Assembly (NCBI GenBank): GCA_963665665.1
Contig: OY762428.1
Coordinates: 4,448,001-4,512,000 of the forward strand
Origin: Candidatus Kapaibacterium sp.
GTDB taxonomy: Bacteria > Bacteroidota > Ignavibacteria > Kapaibacteriales > UBA2268
DNA length: 64,000 bases
Reading direction: 5' to 3'
Below the pieces are notes generated by a model that saw nothing but the letters and a program-made list of their open reading frames with translations, did no database searches and had not been told where the DNA came from. Position 1 is the first letter of the stretch. Each line of letters opens with the position of its first letter. The position numbers and the translations under genes were made by a program. Shown here piece by piece: positions 59,477 to 64,000 of the stretch.

Positions 59477-62400
59477 ATGTTTATCTTTCTACAAATATGT
59501 AATATGGAAATTAGTAAAATGGCAGAGTTACAGGCATCATACAGCAATATTATAGACAGGATAAAAAAAGTCCGTTCGAAAGAATCACTAAACCTTCTGG
59601 CAAACGGATTGTTTAAATCATTATCCATAGTTTTAGCATTGGCATTATTAGCCTCGATAATTGAAAATCTTGGCAATACCGACACATTGTTCCGAACAGT
59701 ATTGGCCGGAATAATTTTTATTTCATTTGTTATAAGTTTTGGATTTTTTGTTTTCCCACCGATGATGAGATTCTTTGTTGACAGGTATAAACCGGGTATA
59801 GAGTCCGTTGCTTTGCGAATCGGTGACAGCTATCCTGAAATTAAGGACAGGCTTTGCAATGCCATACAACTTGTTGCTGATAAAAGTTTTTCAGGTTATT
59901 CATCCGAGCTGGTGGAGTCTGCATTCAGCGAAGTTTCCAACTCTGCGAGAAATATGGAATTTGACGTAATTATAGATAAGAAGCAGAACAGGCAATGGCT
60001 TCTGATTTTTGCTTCAATTCTGATAATTTTTTCAGGCAGTTTCATGGCAGCGCCCGGGCTTGCAGATGCCTTCGGAAGGATTGCCAATTTTACTCAGTCC
60101 TATGTGCCACCTGCTGACTTTTCTTTAAAAGTTAGTCCTGAAAGATTGGATATTCTCAGGGGCGAAGATGTATTAATTACAATCAATGCCGAAGGCAATG
60201 CACCTGAACAGATAGAACTGTTGATAAAAGAAGGGCAGCAGGAGGATTTTGATAAATATAAAATTCGCAGCGATTCAAGCGGGCAATATACCTTTGAACT
60301 TAAAAACCTTAAAAACAGCGTAACTTTTTATGCCCGGAGCGAGTGGTATAATTCCTACGTTACAAGCAATACGGGTAAAGTAAATATCAGTGACAGGCCG
60401 ATAGTCCGCACATTGAACGGAAGGATACATTATCCTGCTTATACCGGCCAGGTGCCGACAGATTTTGATGAAAACAACGCTGATATTACGGCCCTGAAAG
60501 GCTCAGCTGTTTCAATTCAGATATTGGCAAATAAAGACCTGAAAGAAGCAACACTTATTAATATTATTCAACCCGAGATAACAATTATTGATTCAGTGGA
60601 GGTATTGCCCGATACTGTTATAAATGATCTTGATGTTGCCGGAAGGGCAGCAAGCGGGAAATTTAAAATAACGGGTACAGGTGAATACTGGATTGAACTT
60701 GTTGATAAATACGGGGAAACAAACAGCTCACCAATCAGGTACGGGATTGTTGCACTTTTGGATGCATTCCCTTCTATTGCATTGCTCACTCCAACTTATG
60801 ACGTATCTGTATCCGAGGATGCAGAACTAACTATAGCTGCTTCATTTTCCGACGATTACGGATTTACTTCTTTAAAGCTTAAATACAGGCTGGCAGAATC
60901 GAGATATGCCGAGCCTGAAGAAAATTATAAATCAATGGAAATCCCGATTTATAAAAATGAAGTCAGCCAGGACATTATCTTTAAATGGAATCTGAATGAC
61001 CTGAATATTTCTCCTGAAGACAGGTATGAATATTATCTCGAAATTTTTGATAATGATATTGTATCCGGCCCAAAATCAAGCTCGACTATGAAATTATCCG
61101 TAAGGCTTCCTTCTCTTGATGAAGTGCTGAACGAAACAGATCATGCTCAGGATGATATTCAGAAAGAACTTGAAAAAGTACTGAAAGATGCCAAAAAACT
61201 TACCAAAGATATGGACGAGATGCAAAATGAATTGAGGAAGAATTATAAAAAGAAAGAATTGAATTGGAAGGAAAAAAAGCAATTCGAAGATATTCTGAAA
61301 AAACAGGCTGAAATCAGGAAAAAAATGGAGGATGTTAGCCAAAAAGTTGATGACATGGCAAAAAAACTTCAGGACAAAAATGCTTTATCTCCCGAAACTT
61401 TGCAGAAATTTATGGAATTGCAGCAGCTGATGCAGCAGGTAAAATCGCCTGAACTGGAGCAGATGCGCAAGAAAATGGAAAATGCAATGAAGCAGGTCAG
61501 CCCCGAACAGATGCGCCAGGCAATGGAAAAAGTGAAATTTGACGAAGAGAAATTTAAAAAGAGTATTGAAAGAACACTGAAATTACTGAAACGACTTCAG
61601 GTAGAGCAGAAAACTGACGCTGTGAAGAAAAGAGCCGAAGAACTCGCGGAAAAAATGGAAGACCTGGAGAAGAAAACCGAAAATGCTAATCCAAACGATA
61701 AAGAATCAAAAGATAACCTTTCGAAAAAGCAGGATATGGCTAAGGAAGATTTCCAGGAAATGCTCCAGGAAACAGATGAACTGGAACAACTGATGAATGA
61801 AGCCGGGGATGACATGCCTAAGGATATGCTACAGCAGGCAAAAGAGGATTTGAATCCTCAGGAGACAATGGAAAACATGGAACAATCCTCAAGCCAGTGC
61901 AAAAATGGCAACATGCAGCAGGCCGCGCAGAAACAAAAGAAAGCATCGAAGAAACTACGGGACTTTGCAAAGCAGATGCAGGACATGAAAGACCAGATGC
62001 AGCAGAAAAATTCGAAGGAAGCACAAAGGAAAATGCAAAAAGCTATTTCCGACGTACTTGAACTTTCTGATGAGCAGGAAAGTTTAATGAACCAGACAAA
62101 ATCTGCCGATTATAATTCAATGCGAATTCCTGACCTGGCCGAAAAACAGGCTGAATTGCAAATGGGTATGAACATGGTAGCTAATTCACTAATGGAGTTA
62201 TCAGAAAAATCACTTGCGGTTACTCCACAGATGGGGCAGGAAATCGGCAACTCGCTCCGCCAGATGCAGAACGCTTTGAATAGTCTCTCGGAAAGGCGAA
62301 CCCGTAATGCTTCTTCTTCACAGGGTGAGTCCATGTCTGCAATGAACAGGGCCGTATCCCAAATGCAGAGTATGCTTTCTGCAATGCAGAATCAGGGCAG

Positions 62401-63004
62401 CGGTTCATGCAGCAATCCCGGTGGTCAAGGGCAGGGCAAACCCGGACAGGGCAGTTTTGGCGACCAGTTGCAAAAGCTGGCTCAACAGCAGATGGGGCTT
62501 AACCAGGCTCTTCAGCAGCTTTCACAGAACCAGGGAAGTATGTCGCAGGAACAACAGGCTCAGATGAGAAGGCTTGCCGGAAAACAGGGCGAGAACGGTA
62601 AATCATTACAGGAGCTTGCACAGGAACAAAAAAGTAATCCGGCCGGCGACAAAAAAGCGCTCGGGGATTTGAATAAACTGGCAGAAGAAATGAATGAGGT
62701 TATGACGGACCTGCAAAGCGGCAAACTGAATGACGATTTACTCCAAAAGCAGGACAGGATCCTTTCCAGGCTCCTTGATGCAACCCGCTCGATTAACGAA
62801 AGGGATTTTGAGAAAAAAAGGGAATCGAAAGAAGGCCGCTTAAAAGACCTTGCCAGCCCGGATGAATTGTATCCCAATACTCTTGAAGGAAACAAAAAAG
62901 CCCTGAAGGATATGCTGAAAAAAATCAAGCAGGGATATTCCAAAGACTATGAAGTTTTAATCCGTAAATACCTTGAGAAAATTAGTGAAGAGCAGGCTAA
63001 TTAA
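59477..63004 (+). CDS. DUF4175-like membrane-anchored protein with Ig-like region and long Q/K/E/M-rich coiled coil
   Basis: Three TM segments, DRLCNAIQL, YPAYTG, DDYGF, DND..SGPK and RILSRLLDA..S; start may be 59504 or 59519. Confidence 0.8.
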   Translation: MFIFLQICNMEISKMAELQASYSNIIDRIKKVRSKESLNLLANGLFKSLSIVLALALLASIIENLGNTDTLFRTVLAGIIFISFVISFGFFVFPPMMRFFVDRYKPGIESVALRIGDSYPEIKDRLCNAIQLVADKSFSGYSSELVESAFSEVSNSARNMEFDVIIDKKQNRQWLLIFASILIIFSGSFMAAPGLADAFGRIANFTQSYVPPADFSLKVSPERLDILRGEDVLITINAEGNAPEQIELLIKEGQQEDFDKYKIRSDSSGQYTFELKNLKNSVTFYARSEWYNSYVTSNTGKVNISDRPIVRTLNGRIHYPAYTGQVPTDFDENNADITALKGSAVSIQILANKDLKEATLINIIQPEITIIDSVEVLPDTVINDLDVAGRAASGKFKITGTGEYWIELVDKYGETNSSPIRYGIVALLDAFPSIALLTPTYDVSVSEDAELTIAASFSDDYGFTSLKLKYRLAESRYAEPEENYKSMEIPIYKNEVSQDIIFKWNLNDLNISPEDRYEYYLEIFDNDIVSGPKSSSTMKLSVRLPSLDEVLNETDHAQDDIQKELEKVLKDAKKLTKDMDEMQNELRKNYKKKELNWKEKKQFEDILKKQAEIRKKMEDVSQKVDDMAKKLQDKNALSPETLQKFMELQQLMQQVKSPELEQMRKKMENAMKQVSPEQMRQAMEKVKFDEEKFKKSIERTLKLLKRLQVEQKTDAVKKRAEELAEKMEDLEKKTENANPNDKESKDNLSKKQDMAKEDFQEMLQETDELEQLMNEAGDDMPKDMLQQAKEDLNPQETMENMEQSSSQCKNGNMQQAAQKQKKASKKLRDFAKQMQDMKDQMQQKNSKEAQRKMQKAISDVLELSDEQESLMNQTKSADYNSMRIPDLAEKQAELQMGMNMVANSLMELSEKSLAVTPQMGQEIGNSLRQMQNALNSLSERRTRNASSSQGESMSAMNRAVSQMQSMLSAMQNQGSGSCSNPGGQGQGKPGQGSFGDQLQKLAQQQMGLNQALQQLSQNQGSMSQEQQAQMRRLAGKQGENGKSLQELAQEQKSNPAGDKKALGDLNKLAEEMNEVMTDLQSGKLNDDLLQKQDRILSRLLDATRSINERDFEKKRESKEGRLKDLASPDELYPNTLEGNKKALKDMLKKIKQGYSKDYEVLIRKYLEKISEEQAN

Positions 63005-63183
63005 ATTTCGAAGATGATTATAAACGCATAGAAATTATAACATTACTGTGCCTGTTAGCAGATAAAAAATTAAAATATATATTTTGATGGATTTATTATT
63101 ATCCAGATTTGATCCTTTTTTATTCCGGCAAGGGGATAATTGTTATTAGTCAATTTGAAGCAATAATGAAAAATGATTGAACA

Positions 63184-63999
63184 TCATTCGATTAATATCT
63201 TGCCAAAATAATTTTTTCCTTCAATATTTGCAGACCACAAATATAAACCTGAAGCATATTTCCGGGTATCGATAAAAGTCTGATTACTATTTGCAAGATT
63301 TACCAGGTTTCTCCCAAAAATATCATACAAATTGAAATTTCTGACAATATAAGATCCAATATCTAAATGAATTGCATCATTTGCAAAATATACACTGATA
63401 TTTTCTTTGCTTGTATTTTCAGTATTGCAGGTATATAGTTTGTAGCAAAGTAATTCATGATTGTTTCCACAGGCAAATACCAGGTCTTTGTGAATTGCAA
63501 AAACAGCATTCAAACAACTTGTAGTTAGTCCGGAGGCCTGCCTGTTCCAGTTTTTGCCGCCGTCAGTAGTATTCAGTATTATTCCATTACCTCCAACAGC
63601 CCAGCCTGTCTGATCGGTAAGAAAGAAAACTGAGTGTAAATCTGCATTGGCCGGAGAGATTTGTTTCTTCCATTCACTGCCGTTCCAGTGAAGAATATCG
63701 CCACCGCTGCCAACAGCCCATCCAATATTTTCATTAATAAAGAAAATATCATAAAGGCATTTGTTGATTTCCGGAATATCATCTTTAATCCAGGATTTTG
63801 CGCCATCTGTGGTGTGCCATATAAAATTGCCGTTCCCGCATATATACCCGCAGCTGTCGTTGATAAAATAAATTGATTCAATGGTTACAACCATATTTTT
63901 AATATTTATTTTATTCCAATGGGGATTGCTGTTGTAAGTATATTTATAGAAATATCCGTTAGTATCTCCCATGCTTTCGCCGGCAGCATAGGCCGTTGT
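63184..63999 (-). CDS. YCF48/BNR-repeat beta-propeller protein with T9SS-like C-terminus (5' end outside window)
   Basis: LYDIFFINENIGWAVG and TTDGGKNW repeats; LYDIFGR..SGLY tail; frame open to the window edge. Confidence 0.82.
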   Translation of the reverse strand, partial: TTAYAAGESMGDTNGYFYKYTYNSNPHWNKINIKNMVVTIESIYFINDSCGYICGNGNFIWHTTDGAKSWIKDDIPEINKCLYDIFFINENIGWAVGSGGDILHWNGSEWKKQISPANADLHSVFFLTDQTGWAVGGNGIILNTTDGGKNWNRQASGLTTSCLNAVFAIHKDLVFACGNNHELLCYKLYTCNTENTSKENISVYFANDAIHLDIGSYIVRNFNLYDIFGRNLVNLANSNQTFIDTRKYASGLYLWSANIEGKNYFGKILIE

Positions 64000-64000
64000 G

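Noticed and set aside
1-64000. tRNA or rRNA genes
   Set aside because: None recognised by eye; tRNAscan-SE and Infernal would be needed to exclude them

Overview
AT-rich bacterial chromosome segment, most consistent with an FCB-group (Ignavibacteria/Kapabacteria/Bacteroidota-like) genome; this is inferred from T9SS C-terminal domains, a DcaP-like porin and a DUF4175-like protein. Main contents: (1) a decayed type IIG restriction-modification locus whose repeated 3' ends bracket two orphan genes and rhuM (0.2-3.3 kb); (2) a cytochrome bd-like/cytochrome c gene pair, tex, a KilA-N fragment, an orphan antitoxin, recR, a T9SS-secreted BNR protein, a two-component pair, a porin and zupT; (3) an SDR/AKR/AraC module; (4) a ~22-kb signalling cluster (30.5-52.8 kb) around a stressosome operon with three RsbR paralogues, RsbS, RsbT and an RsbX-like fusion wired to histidine kinases, ending in integrase and IS21-like remnants; (5) an Omp85 protein with a kinase-like N-terminus next to a DUF4956-like gene. 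The most unusual signal is non-coding: two direct copies (23.3-24.9 kb and 53.3-55.2 kb) of a composite element. Each is built from two head-to-head 21-bp tandem arrays that are imperfect reverse complements of each other, predicting a long rod-like hairpin with periodic internal loops. A strict 21-bp register is kept through ~1.1 kb, including embedded hairpins and a degenerate tail, and a mosaic of REP-like palindromes follows. All family assignments come from motif recognition by eye, not database searches.
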